A DNA stretch of 64,000 bases, taken from NCBI RefSeq assembly GCF_030144855.1, contig NC_082710.1, positions 151,528,001-151,592,000 on the forward strand, in the 5' to 3' direction. The first letter of the stretch is position 1. Every line of letters begins with the position of its first letter. Origin of the DNA: Hypanus sabinus (Eukaryota). Below, one piece after another: positions 1 to 13,059 of the stretch. The translations under genes and the position numbers were made by a program. Under the pieces are notes generated by a model. That model was not told the DNA's origin and did no database searches. It saw only the letters and a program-made list of their open reading frames with translations.

Positions 1-1459
1 AAGCCTCGGTTATCAGTTTATCATATTAGTGGGCAAGGAGAAGAGCAGCCAGGGCATTCTCTATAGCCTCAGCATCATGGAGAAAGGAGTGACCATTGCG
101 ATGAACAGGTGAAATCGGCTCTTGCCTCAGATATTGATACACTGACGTTTCAGTTTTTCTGGGACAACATTTAAATTCACCATATAATGGAACAGCAAAA
201 GGCTCCAGCGCCTTGGAGAGTGGAGTGAACATTGTCAGAATGAATGAACTTGGCTCTCGCCTCCACTCAGCACCCATAGCTATCCAAAGTAGGATCAGAA
301 TTCCAGTGTCCCAATGTCTCCTGTCCAAATGTTTGGCTCACTGCATCTACATCAATTCTGCAAACGTACCTTCTCAGCTCATACCCGAATCTTGTCTTGT
401 CATCACTTGACCCCTCACCATTTGCAGCAATAATTTAACACAATTTACCTCAGAAAAGCTGCCCTAGATGTTTTTAGTCAAATTTATTGTCTTTTCAACT
501 ACTAGTGAGCTCTCACACAAGTTCGATGGAGCCAGCTTAACTGGAAACAATATTCTTTTGTACTTGTGTTGCAACTTACATTGCATTCTTTTCTGTTCCT
601 CAACATAATACAAAAATATCTGTAATGCAACCTCTCTCAAGCTCTTTACTACAGAACAGGGATCACCGTTTCTCTCAATCATTCATACACTTAAGACGAT
701 GACCCAGTAAAAACCTAGGAACTACTCAACAATATATTAAATTTGCAAACACAATTAATCTTTGTGGTTCCTTTAAAGTTAACAGACAGAAGTTAAATTA
801 AAAAGTGCTTACCGGAAGAGACTGTGGCTAAACAGTGGATGTTCAGTAAAGTAAAAAGCAGCATGCTTTAAAAGTAGCCAGGGCATTAATTAACCAGGCG
901 ACTAACAGCAGTGACAGTAACCTGATCTCTTGTGCACTTTAACAGAATGCTGGTGTGGAGCTACTTATTGGCCCATGTGTATAGCAAACCTGATAACCAC
1001 ATCCAATGGGAATGAAAGGGATTGTTCTGGTCACTAATTACCAGTCAATGCAATCTGAGGATCAGATTTTACACTGGCATTTACTGAACAATATTCATGT
1101 CAACTACTCTTCCCAGAGCACTTTAAAGACAAAGAAGTGCTTTAAAAAGTGTAATTACTTAGTCATGCACAACACCATCAATTGTACAAATGGAGCTTTG
1201 GGATTAACAGGAATATCTTCCTTAGAGTACTGCTTGAGAAATATTTATGAATCAGGATGTTGCAAAGAATTTCCTTGTTATTCTTTGATGTAGTGTCATG
1301 GCATTTTTCTTTCAGATGAGAGGACGGACAGGAGGTCAGGTTAAAAATTTAAAGGTGTAAAAGTGTAGATATCAGCCAATGCTGCCCCACCCTCAGTACA
1401 TGGATTTCTCAATGATCCTTGTACTGATTACAGGGCATATTCAGATTCTGATCGGCTTA

Positions 1460-4400
1460 TTAGCATACAAGGGCATAAAACAAGGGACCAGAGTTGGGCC
1501 ATTCTGCCCATCAAGTCTGCTCCACTATCTCATCATGGCTGCTCCACTTCCCTTTCAACCACTTTTGCCTGACTTCTTCCCATAACCTTTCACACCCTGA
1601 CAAATAAAGAACCTGTAAACCTCTGCTTTAAGTGCACGCAATGACCTGCCCTCCAGAGCCATCTATGGCAATGAATTGCACTGATTCTCCATCTTCTGGC
1701 TACAGAAATTTCTCCGCAACATTTTAAATGAAAGCTCCTCAATTCTGAGGCCATGACCTTTAGTGCTACTATAGGACATATCCTCTTCATGTTGATTCTA
1801 TCTAAGCCTATCAACATGCAATAGGTTTCAATGAGATCCTCTCTTTGTTGTAATCTCCAGTGAGTACAGACCCAATACTATCAATCTTTTGCAAAGAATA
1901 ACCCTTTCAATCCCAGGATAATTCTTGTGAACCTCCTCTGAACCCTCTCCAATGTTAGCTCATCCTTTCTCTTACAAGGAGCACAGCTCGTAATACTCCA
2001 GGAAGCCTCAGCAATACATCCTTGCTTTTATATTCCATTCCTCTTGAAATGAATGTAAATATTACATTTGCCTTTTTCAACACTGACTCATACTCAAAGT
2101 CATTCTGTAGGGAACCCTGACCAAGCACCAGCCAAGTCCCTTCAGGTCTCAGGTTTTAGAATTTTCTCCTTATTTATAAAATAGTCTTTGCTTTTATTCC
2201 TTCTCTGAATGTGCATCTCCATACATTTCCCAAAACTATATTCCATTTGCCATTTCATTGTCCATTCTCCAAATCTGTCGATGTTCTTCTGTAGCCTCCC
2301 TGCTTCCTCAACACTACGTGCCTCTCCACCAAGCATTATGTTATCCACAAATCTGGCCATAGGGCCATCAAGTTCATCATCTAGCTCATTGAAATATAAC
2401 ATAAAAAGGAATTAGCCCCAACGTTGAACCATGCAGAATGCCGCTAATCACCACCATCCAATGAGAAAAGGTGCCCTTTATTCCCAATTTTTGTCTTCTG
2501 CCAATCAGCCAATGCTCTATCCATGCATGTGTCTTTCTGGTAGTATCTTATCTTGTTAAACAGCATCAAGTGCGGAATTTTGTCAAATGTTTTCTGAAAG
2601 TCTAAGTATGCACCATCTACCAATTATCCTTTGTCTATCTTGCTTGTTATTTCCTGAAAGAACTCCAACAGATTATTCAAGCAGGAGTTCCTTTAAAGGA
2701 AACCATACTAACTTTGGCCTATTTTATCATGAGTCTCTAAGTACCCTGACACCTCATTCTTAACAATTGACACCAACATTTTCTTAACCTCTCAGATCAG
2801 GCTAACTGACCTATAATTTCCGACAGTGCTTCTCCTTATAGATGCTGCCTGGACTGCTGTGTTCCACCAGCATTTTGTGTGTGTTGTTCCAATTTCCTTT
2901 CTGCTGCATCCCTCCCTTTTTTAAGAATGGAGTGACGTCAGAATCCAGTGAATTTTGGAAGTTTATTACTAATGCCTCACAATCAATTCAGCTACCACTC
3001 TGAGTGCTAGGGTCCATCTGGTTCAGCTGCCTTACCAACTTTGTGACCTTTCAGATTCCCAAGTACCTTCTACCTAGTAATAGTAACTGCATTTCTACTC
3101 CTATATTCTCAAACTTACAACATAATGCTAGTATCTTCTACAGTGGACACTTATGCAATGTACTTATTTATTTAATCCACCATTTCCTTGATACTTCTCC
3201 AACATCATTCTCCAGTGGTCCAATATCTACTCTTCTTCTAGTGCCCATAACTCCCAGTGGAGTTGACGGGACACTGTCATGACAAGCCCTGCACCACACT
3301 TATCATCTAGTATGTCTTGGGCATCTGAAACCTGGTGGAACCAATCCCTCTCCAGATCTGACGACAGCCAATTTCCGCCAACTGGGTAGCTCGCCTTGGT
3401 TGTGAATACGTGGCCATTATAGTTAATCAGAGAATCTTTCCGCCCTGGCCGGTGACTACATCATGGAAGTCATTCGCTCAGTCATGCCATGATAACACCA
3501 CCCCCTTATGTGGTTTAGCCCACCAGCTGAAGCAGTTTACCGGGGTATGGCACTTGGAGCTAACATGTGAGAGGTTTAGGAGATGGATGAGGACCAGTGA
3601 TGCCCGCCCACCCTGTCTAGTAGGGAACAGCATGCCAGACATCAAGGGTACTACCTCTTAACAGAGTCCCCTATACCCAAATCTATTCTTGCCCCTCTTT
3701 TACTCCTTACATATCTGAACAAAAAGCTTCAACAAAACCTTAATATTATTATCTCGCTTCATATTTCATTATCTCCCTCCTTATGGCTTTTTAGTTTCCT
3801 TCTGTTGGTTTTTAAAAGTTTCCCATACCTCTAACTTGGTACTAACATTTTTCTCTATGGCACACCCTCTTTTTTGTTTTTGAATTGTCTTTGACTTCCC
3901 TTCTCAGCCATGATGTTATCCTGCCTTTCAAATGCTTCTTCTTCGTTGGGATGTATCCATCCTTTGCTTCCTGTATTGCTCCCAGAATCTCCAGCCATTG
4001 CTGTCCTGCCATCATCCCTGCCAGTGTCCCCTTCCAATCGACTTTGGCCAACTCCTATCTCATGCCTTTATAATTACCTCTACTCCACTGTAATAATGAT
4101 ACATCTGGCTTTAGCTTCTCTGTCTCTAATTGCAGTGTGAATTATGTCATATTATAGAACATTGAATATAGAAAAGTACAGCACAGGAATAGACCATTCA
4201 GCTCACAATGTTGTGTCGACCAGCTAAAAAGCAAATCAAAAACATTGAAACACTTATCCCTCCTACCTACACAATGTCAATATCCTTCTATCTTTCTTAC
4301 ATCCATGTACCTATGCAAATGTATGTTAAAAGCATTGAATGTATTATGATCACTGCCTTCTCCTAAGGTTTCCTATCTTCAGCTCCCTAATCAAATCTTG

Positions 4401-5060
4401 TTTATTGCACAATACCAAATGAGGTAAAGCCTTCGCCCTTGTGGGCTCAACCATAAGCTGCTCCAGAAAACCACCTCAGGGATATTCTATGTATTCTTTC
4501 TCTTAGATCTATCACCGCTCTTTTTTTTCCAATCTACTTCCATATCAAAATCCTGTATAACCTTTGTAACATTGTCTTTTTGACACATCTTTTCTTTTTC
4601 CCCATTGTAATTTGTAGCCCACATCCTGGCTACTATTTGGGGGCTGTATATAATTTCCATCAGCATCTTTTAACACTTTCCATTTTCTACAATCTTCCTA
4701 TAAGTATTTTAAATCTTTTGATCTTCTGTTACCTACTTTGAGGAATTTCATTTTATTTTTATTTATAGAGCCAGGCCCACTCCTGCCAGTCCCTTCACAT
4801 AATTGGTATTCTTGGATGTTAAGCTCCCAACTATAATATTATTTCAGTTATGTTGCATTGATGCCCACGACTTCATACCTGACAATCTCTAACTGCACTA
4901 CAAGACCATTTATCTTATTCTGTATATGCTGTGCATACAAATATAACACCTCAGTCCTACCTTCATCAGCCTTTTTGATTTTGTCAACATGTTAAACTGC
5001 ACTTCATCCCACTGACTGCAATAATGCCCTATCATCTGCCTTATCAGTCCAGTTACTAAC
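1460..5060 (-). mobile_element. Degraded CR1/L3 LINE (ORF2 endonuclease end, linker and RT C-terminus), with internal deletions and nested insertions
   Basis: ORF 2142..2402 (ARFVDNIMLGG...LQKNIDRFGEW...WQMEYSFGKC) is a decayed CR1 RT C-terminus. ORF 3842..4051 (KVDWKGTL...QQWLEILGAI...WLRREVKD) is the CR1 EN-RT linker. Boundaries approximate. Confidence 0.8.
3235..3676 (-). mobile_element. Unclassified ~440-bp retroposed insertion inside the CR1
   Basis: GC-richer block interrupting CR1 sequence, flanked by an imperfect direct repeat (ccaatatctactctt 3220-3234 / ccaaatctattctt 3677-3690), with a short (GAA)n-like tail on the minus strand. Confidence 0.45.
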
Positions 5061-5109
5061 CCCTGCCTCCTATATACATCAAATTGCAAAGAAATTGCTT
5101 GTTTGCATG

Positions 5110-5560
5110 ATGCTCATAGAATAAACAGTGTTCAATGTCATATTAAATACACAAATAAATACAGCAATGAATTGAAAACAACCAAATTGTGAAAAAAATA
5201 GTAGTGCTATCTGAAGTACTGCAAAATGTAAATAGCTAGCATGATGGCAACAGAATTAACAGAGGGAATTGTAAGACCAACAATATGACTGTACAAGAGG
5301 GGATTGTTTAAGAAGTCTGACTGATGCAGTTCCTGAATCTGGTCGTTCTGGCTTTTTGGCTCTCGTCTCTTCTACCAGAAGGTAGAAGTGTGAAAAGGGA
5401 ATGTGCAAGGTTACAGGTTCCTTTGACGATAGCACTATGAAACTGGATGGACAGAGGAAGTGTTGAAATTGCAATCTGTTGTGTTATGGCTAACACATCC
5501 AACATGTTCCAGTGGCTGAAATGTAAAACATCAGAATAGTTTTTAATAGACATCTGTAGA
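5110..5560 (-). mobile_element. Rex1/Babar-type LINE 3' fragment
   Basis: Resembles the other Rex1-like 3' ends in the window (e.g. 19900-20240); heavily decayed. Confidence 0.45.
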
Positions 5561-6639
5561 CATTTGAGAGAACCTCCATGTACAAGCTGAATTTTCTCAA
5601 CACTGGCATTCTCTCAAGAAGATAGTTCTACAGTTTTTATCCAGCACTCCCATTCAGAATCATTCCACTAAGAATGCACACCTCCACCAGCATTATACTC
5701 CTCCAGTGTTGGTTGATGTCCTGCAGTACTGGTCTTCTGAAGCCTTCAGCACCTGCATGATATATTTCCTTCTGTATTCTGGCAATCTTTCAATACTGCT
5801 CCTCTAACTGCTCAGAGCTCCCTCAATACTTACAGTTTTAAATATTCTTCAGTAGAGAGGCGCTCCTGCAATACTAGTCCTGTACTACTATAAACTTTTT
5901 AAATAAATCCCTAGTATAATGAGTTGGGCTCTTGAACTCATAATCAAGAGTCCATCTCATCAGAAAAAGATGGTGCCAGCGAGCAACACGATAAAAGGTG
6001 ACAACCTCCAGAGAGCTCACAAAACTACTTATTGCACTTCTTTTACATCAGCTTTTTGTTTCAAATTCTGTTCTGTGATCTACATTCTGGTGATGTATTT
6101 TTCAGCTGGTTTACTAATCTGGTACTTTGTTGTCTGTCTCCGAGGGTTCTCTGTGATGCCTTGAGTGAAGAGTGTGGTATTGAAGAATCCTGGAGCCAGG
6201 GTGTGAGCCCATGATCAACTGCCACTTCTCACTATCACCAATTAAAGCATTGAGAAAGATTGCTATTTTCAAGGTGAGAGTAGAAGCCGAATAGGTGTTC
6301 TACATCATATACAAGCCTCAACTCGCTGCTGAAGGTGTTTGCAGCTGATGGTCCCCCTCTCTCCCTCTCACCCACTACTTCTGAAGAAATATCCTGCATT
6401 TGAGAGATCTCTTGGTAAACTCATTTATATTGTAACTATTATGTATGTTTTTTTTCATATGTAATGGAATGTGTATGTTGGTAATTTCTTTATCAATATA
6501 TCATCTGTATTCTGTCCATATTATTAATATTAATAAAATGATTTAGAAAGAAAAGAAAGAGAGATCTCTCTGTCGCTGTGCTGTCAGAGAATGGTGCCAG
6601 AGTGCTGGATCTTGGGCATGGATCTCGGGCACTATTGTG

Positions 6640-7250
6640 TTAATCAATCATGGAATTCAATTTTGGAGCCAAGAGGTAATGTTGCAGCTATATAGGACCC
6701 TGGTGAGACCACACTTGGAGTACGGTGCTCAGTTCTGGTCACCTCACTGCAGGAAGGATGTGGAAGCCATAGAAATGGGTGCAGAGGAGATTTACAAGGA
6801 TGTTGCCTGGATTGGGGAGAATGCTTTATGAGAATAAGTTGAGTGAACATGACCTTTTCTCCTTGGAGAAAAGGAGGATGAGAGATGACCTGATAGGGGT
6901 GTACAAGATGCTGAGAGGCATTGATCGTGCTGATTGTCAGAGGCTTTTTCACAGGGCTGAGACGGTTGCCACAAGAGGCCACAGGTTCAAGGTGCAGGGG
7001 AGTAGATAGAGGAGATGTCAAGAGAATGTTTTTTACTCAGAGAGTGGTGAATGCATGGATTGGGCTGCCAGCAACAGTGGTGGAGGTGGATACGATAAGA
7101 TCTTTTAAGAGACTTCTGAATCAGTACATGGACCTTAATAAAATAGAGGGCTATGGGTAATCCTAGTAATTTCTAAGAGCAGGGACATGTTTGGCACAAC
7201 TTTGTGGGCCAAAGGGCCTGTATTGTGCTGTAGGTTTTCCATGTTTCTAT
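6640..7250 (+). mobile_element. CR1/L3 LINE 3' end
   Basis: LYRTLVRPHLEYGAQFWSP, RRFTRMLPGL and TRGHRFKV motifs (ORFs 6637..6831, 6779..7009), followed by CR1 3' UTR. Confidence 0.9.
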
Positions 7251-8554
7251 GTTATTTCACATAGTTAGTGGATTGGGCTCTGTCATTCTCATTTAGGTGT
7301 GTTTCCGGTCACTTTTATGAATTTGTTGCTATTTTATGCTATTTTTAATTGGTTTGTCCTGCAGACAATGAACACTAAGCTACACCTAATCTGTTTTATA
7401 TACATGCTCTTTTTCTGCCATTTGTGCATTTGATTGTTTTTTGCACATGGGGGAGGCAGGATATGGATGTTTATCTTTAGCCAGGTTTCATGGTTTTATT
7501 TGTTTCAGGGCTGTCAGTGGGGAAGACGAATCTCAGCATTGTATGTTGCATGCATACTTAGATAAAAAGCTATATATTTCAAATCTTTGAATCTTTTTGA
7601 ATCAATCTAACTGATTATGATTTTGCAACTTACTGTTTATCTGCACTGCGCTTTTTCTGTGCCTTTTACACTTTATTCTGCATTGTTATTACTTTAGCTT
7701 TTTCTGCCTCAATACACACTGTAATGATCTCACTTGTATGGGGCAAGCATTTAACTGTACCTCAATGCACTGGACAATAACAAACCAATTCCAATTCCAA
7801 ACATGTTCAGTACAGCTACAGTCTCTCCTCTGGTACAATGGCTCTCCTGCGATACTGGTCCTCTAACATTGCAGTGGATTTTCAAAATGCCAGTGAAGCA
7901 TCTTGCAGGATTATGTGAAGTCTAAGATGATAACACAAAACTTCAGCATTTTCTTTAAGAGAGAATGCTAGTCCTGTTGCAGACTGATTCATTGCTTGTC
8001 CCTCTCTAGAATCCCTTACACAGGTTAACTGGTCTTCAGGTAAATTTATACAAAGATTAAGAACCTGGAATCAGGCCCTAGATTGATTCTTCATTGTCAA
8101 CATATTCAGTCTCCAGCCCATGAATGGAATCATAGAACATTACAGCACTGAAACAGACCTTTTGGCCCTTCTTGGCTGTGCTGATTCATTTTTCCGCCTA
8201 GTCCCACTGATGTAACAGCAGTAAATTACAGTAAGTATATCTAATAATAGTTAGATTAAATAAGCAGTGCAAAAAGAGGGAAAAAGTAGTGAGGTAGCAT
8301 TCAAGGGTTCAATGTCTATTAAGAAATCTGATGGCGGAGGGGAAGAAGCTATTCCTGAATCACTGATTGTGAGCCTTCAGGCTCCTGTACTTCCTGCCTG
8401 TTGATAGCAATGAGAAGAGGGCATGCACTGGGCAATAATGGTCCTTAATAATTGATACTGTCTTTTTGAGGCTTCGTTCCTTGAAAAAGTCCTGGATGCT
8501 GGGGAGGCCAATGCCCATGATGGAGCTGTGTGAGTTTACAACTTCCTGCAGCTT

Positions 8555-9300
8555 ATAAATGGTAGGGCATTGAAGAATACAGTAGAACAGAGTGATTTAG
8601 GAATAATGGTGCATAGTTCCCTGAAGGTGGAATCTCATATGGATAGGGTGGTGAAGAAAGCTTTTGGTATGCTGGCCCTTATAAATCAAAACATTGAGTA
8701 TAGGAGTTGGGATATAATGTTAAAATTGTACAAGGCATTAGTAAGGCTGAATTTGGAGTATTGTGTACAGTTCTGGTCACTGAATTATAGGAAAGATATC
8801 AACAAAATAGAGTACAGAACAGAGAAGATTTACTAGAATGTTCCCTGGGTTTCAGTACCTAAGTTACAGGGAAAGGTTGAACAAGTTAGGTCTTTATTCT
8901 TTGGAGCATAGAAGGTTGAGGAGGGGCTTGATAGAGGGATTTAAAATTATGAGGGGGATAGATAGAGTTGACGTGGATAGTCTTTCCATTGAGAGTAGGT
9001 GAGATTCAAACAAGAGGACATGAGTTGAGTTAGGGGGCAAAAGTTTAAGGGTAACACGAGTGGAATTTCTTTACTCAGAGAGTAGTAGCTGTGTGGAACG
9101 AGCTTCCAGTAGAAGTGGTAGAGGCAGGTTCAGTATTGTTATTTAAAGTAAAATTGGATAGGTATATGGACAGGAAAGGAATGGAGGGTTATGGGCTGTG
9201 TGTGGGTAAGTGGGCTTAGGTGAGAGTAAGCATTCAGTATGGTGTAGAAGGGCCAAAATGGCCTGTTTCTGTACTGTAATTGTTATATGGTTATATTTCA
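8555..9300 (+). mobile_element. CR1/L3 LINE 3' end
   Basis: ORF 8570..8836 (DLGIMVHSSLKVESH...LYKALVRLNLEYCVQFWS); ends in the ATGGTTAT-type tail at ~9290. Confidence 0.9.
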
Positions 9301-9309
9301 ATCCTGTGC

Positions 9310-9775
9310 AGTACCAGCTCACACCACCCCTCCACTACCTCACCATAGCAGATGGTGATGCAACAAATTAGAATGTTTCCCATGATACATCTGTAGAAAT
9401 TTGTGAGTGTCTTTAGAAACATACCAAATTTCCTCAAACTTGTAATGAAATATAGCTATTGTTGTGCTTCTTCGTAACTGCGTCAATATGTTGGACCCTG
9501 AATAGCTTCTCAGAGATGCTGATACCATGAACTTGAAATTGCTCGCCCTTTCCACTTCTGATCCTTCAATGAGGACTGGTGTGTGTTCCCTCATCTTACC
9601 ATGTCCGAAGTCCGCAACCAATTCTTTGGTTTTACTGATGTTCAGTGAAAGGCTGTTGCAGCAACACCACTCACTCCTGCATGCCTTCTTTCTTGTCATC
9701 ATCTGAAATTCTGTCAAAAATAATTGTGCTGTTAGCAAACTCACAGATGACTTTTAAGCTATGTCTAGCCACAGC
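9310..9775 (-). mobile_element. Rex1/Babar-type LINE RT C-terminal fragment
   Basis: ORF 9340..9744 (SEWCCCNSLSLNISKTKELVADF...VERASNFKF). Confidence 0.8.
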
Positions 9776-9879
9776 TCAAATCAGCCATGATAGAACAGAA
9801 GAGAAGACTTGATAGACCACCTGGCCTATTTCTACTCTTATTCCTTATGGTCTCATGGTATTTGAATTGAACTGCCAAA

Positions 9880-10250
9880 TAAGGCAGTTTAACCATACAA
9901 CACTACAGCACAGTACAGGCCCTTCAGCCCCCCACCCCCACCATGTTGTGTTGGCCCATAGAAACCGCACAAAAAAGTACTAAACCCACACTACTCCACA
10001 ACCCTCCATTTTTCTTTCATCCATATACCTGCCAAGAGACTCTTAAATACCCCTAATGTTTTAGTCTCCACCACCATCCCTGGCAAGTCATTCCAGACAC
10101 TCACAACCCTCTGTGTAAAAAACTTACCCTTGATGTCTCCCCTAAACTTCCTCCCTTAGTTTTGTACATATGCCCTCTGGTGTTTGCTATTGGTGCCATG
10201 GGAAACAGGTACTGACTATTCACCCTATCTATGCCTCTCATAATCTTGTA
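9880..10250 (-). mobile_element. CR1/L3 LINE 3' end
   Basis: Reverse complement of the CR1 3' coding end and UTR; closely similar to 42500-42850. Confidence 0.75.
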
Positions 10251-10279
10251 TAGTGGCAGTCTAAAGTAAATATGAAAAA

Positions 10280-11350
10280 AGATAGGTCTGGTCCACCGGT
10301 TGAGATTCCATATTGGAAAAAAAGGGCAAGTTCGGTTGGTGGTCTGTGACTAGTGCAGTGTCTCAGGGTTCACGACTATGTCTGCGGCTGTTTGTCATCT
10401 ACATGAAGATATGGATATCATAATGATTAACTGCATCAGCAAACTTGCAGATGACATCAAGGTTTGGGGTGCAGTAGACAGTGAGGACAAATATCAAAGC
10501 TTGCAGTGGGATCTGACTAGTTGAAAAAATAGTCTAAATAGTGGAAGATGGAATTTAATGCAGACAGATGTGAGGTGTTGATCTTTTGTGAGGCACAACC
10601 ATAGTAGATCTTACACAGTGAATTGTACAGAACTGTGGAGTGCAGTTGAACAAAAGCATCTGTGAATACTGGCCCATAATTCACTAAATGTTATATCGCA
10701 GATGGATTATGTCTGTAAACAAAGTTTTTGACACATTGGCCTCACGGATCAAAGTATTGAATACAAGCATTGGGATGTTATGCTGAAACTGTACAAAACA
10801 TTGGTGGGGACTAATTTAGATTATTGTGGCCAGCATTAGTCTCCAATGTTCAGCGAAGATGTAAACACGATTGAAAGACTACAGCAACAATTTACAAAGA
10901 TTTTGCTGGGACTGGAGGACCTGAGTTGTAAGGAAAGATTGAATAAATTAGAACTTTACTCCCTAGTATGTAGAAGATTGAGGGACATTTGATACAGTTA
11001 TACAAAATTTTGAGAGAGTAGATAGGAGACATGCTAGCACGTGTTTCCCTTCAGTTTTGGGTGAGATTGCAACATGAGGCCAAGGTGTATGGGTCAAAGG
11101 TGAAATGTTTACAGGGAACATGAGAGGAAACTTCTTCTCTCAGAGGGTGGTGAGAGTGTGGAACATGCTGTTAACACAAGTGATGGATACAATTTAAATT
11201 TCAAAGTTTAAGAGAACTTTGGATAGATTCATGGATGGGAGGGATATGGAAGGCTATGGTCTTGGAGCAGTTTGATGGGACTAAACAGTTGAAATGGTTC
11301 AGCACAGTAGATAGGCCAAAGATCCTGTTTCTCTGCTATAGATTCCTGTG
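10280..11350 (+). mobile_element. Degraded CR1/L3 LINE, RT C-terminus to 3' UTR
   Basis: Decayed FADD (cttgcagatgacatcaag), WQMEFN-like and LYKTLV-like segments, then CR1 3' UTR. Confidence 0.75.
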
Positions 11351-11429
11351 ACTTAATAACTCTATGGGTATAAATAGTTGAGATACATCTAGTTTAGAAA
11401 ACAAATTTTACTTCAAAATAAAAATAACT

Positions 11430-12305
11430 CTGGATGGTTAATTGATGGAGAAGATTCTGAGAGGCAGGATGTATGAACATTTGGAGAGCTTTAATATGAA
11501 TTAGGAGTAGTCATCATTGCTTTGTCAAGGGCAGGTCATGCCTTACAAGCCTGATTGAATTTTTTCAGGATGAGACTAAACATATTGATGAAGGAAGAGC
11601 AGTAGATGTAGTGTATATGGATTTCAGCAAGGCATTTGTTAAGGTACCCCATGCAAGGCTTATTGATAAAGTAAGGAAGCCTGGGATCCAAGGGGACATT
11701 ACTTTGTTGATCCAGAACTGGCTAGCCTACAGAAGGCAAAGAGTGATTGTAGATGGGTCATATTTTCCATGGAGGTCAGTCACCAGTGGAGTGCCTCAGG
11801 GATCTGTTCTGGGACCCTTACTCTTCATGATTTTTGTAGATGATCTGGATGAGGAAGTGGATGGATGGGTTAGTATGTCTGCTGATGACACTAACATTGG
11901 AGGTATTGTAGATAGTGTGGGGGGCTCTAAGAGGTTACAGCTGGACATTGATAGGATGCAAAACTGGGCTGAGAATTGGCAGATGGAGTTCAACCCAGAT
12001 AACTGTGGTTCATTTTGGTAAATCAAATATGATGGTAGAATATAGTATTAATGGTAAGACTCATGGCGGTGTCGAGGACCAGAGGGATCTTGTGGTCAAA
12101 GCATAGTGCGCTCAAAGCAGCTGCACAGGTTGACTCTGTGGTTAAGGTTTTCATCAATCGTGGCATTGAACTTAGGAGCAGAGAGGTATGTTACAGCTAT
12201 ATAGGAACCCTGTTCAGATGCCACTGGCTCAGTTCTGGTTATCTCCTACAGGAAAGATGTGGAAACCATAGAAAGGGTGCAGAGGAGATTTACAAGGATG
12301 TTGAC
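11430..12305 (+). mobile_element. CR1/L3 LINE RT core fragment
   Basis: ORF 11611..12021 (YMDFSKAF.KVPH...VTSGVPQGSVLGPLLFMIFVDDLD...ADDT). Confidence 0.92.
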
Positions 12306-12439
12306 TGAATTGCCTGCCAACAGCTGTCCAGAGTTTCATTATACAAACTCCAATTGCCATCAATGTGACACGGCCCTGATGAAGGAATAGTGAGCCCCAC
12401 AGCTAATTACAGCATTTCCCCTGAGTTATCACTCCTCTA

Positions 12440-12670
12440 TCAATTTCAGATTCTACCACTCCATCATAGATGGGGGAGTTTACAGCAGCCAGTTAACCTA
12501 ACAACCCATAACTCTTCAGGATGTGAGAGGAAATCAGAGAAGCTGTGTGAAATTCACATGGTCACAGAAAAAACACACATACTCCACACATTTCGAGGGT
12601 CAAGATCAAACTCAAGTCCCTGGAGCAATGAAGCAGAAGTTCTATGAACTGTGTTCATGCGCCATCCACT
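12440..12670 (-). mobile_element. Degenerate tRNA-derived SINE, HE1/V-SINE-like
   Basis: Reverse complement of a V-SINE-type body (gagaggaaatcagagaagc...catggtcacag...actccacaca...gatcaaactcaagtccctgg); homologous to 42270-42500. Confidence 0.55.
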
Positions 12671-13059
12671 CTGAATTGAATTGAATTTATTACTTACATC
12701 TTTCAGATACACTAGAATTAAAAATCTTTATGTTATGTCTCCACCTAAATATGCATTGTGTGATTTACAGTAATTTGCAAGAAATAGTATGTAGAACAGG
12801 ACAGGCAATATCACATTTATTGTGCAAATCTTACAAATCAAACCTAGCATATTCAGACATGCCATTGTGCTAACCATTGGGTCAGCTAAAGCATGTGCCA
12901 CACTAAAAGGCATAAACCAACAATATTTGGTACCCGAAACCACAATTAACCCTGATATGTGAGTATCAGGGAACAGGAGTGAGTGCATTGCCATTACACA
13001 GAAAAATTAGCTTGACAAACTGAAAGGTCGCAAGTTGGATTATTCACTTGGACATTTGA

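Noticed and set aside
800-830. CCG|GTAAG donor resembling the receptor exon 1 end (possible fourth paralog)
   Set aside because: The upstream sequence does not encode the IENIxYPxLAxxGVP motif, and neither the promoter motif nor a downstream exon 2 is present.
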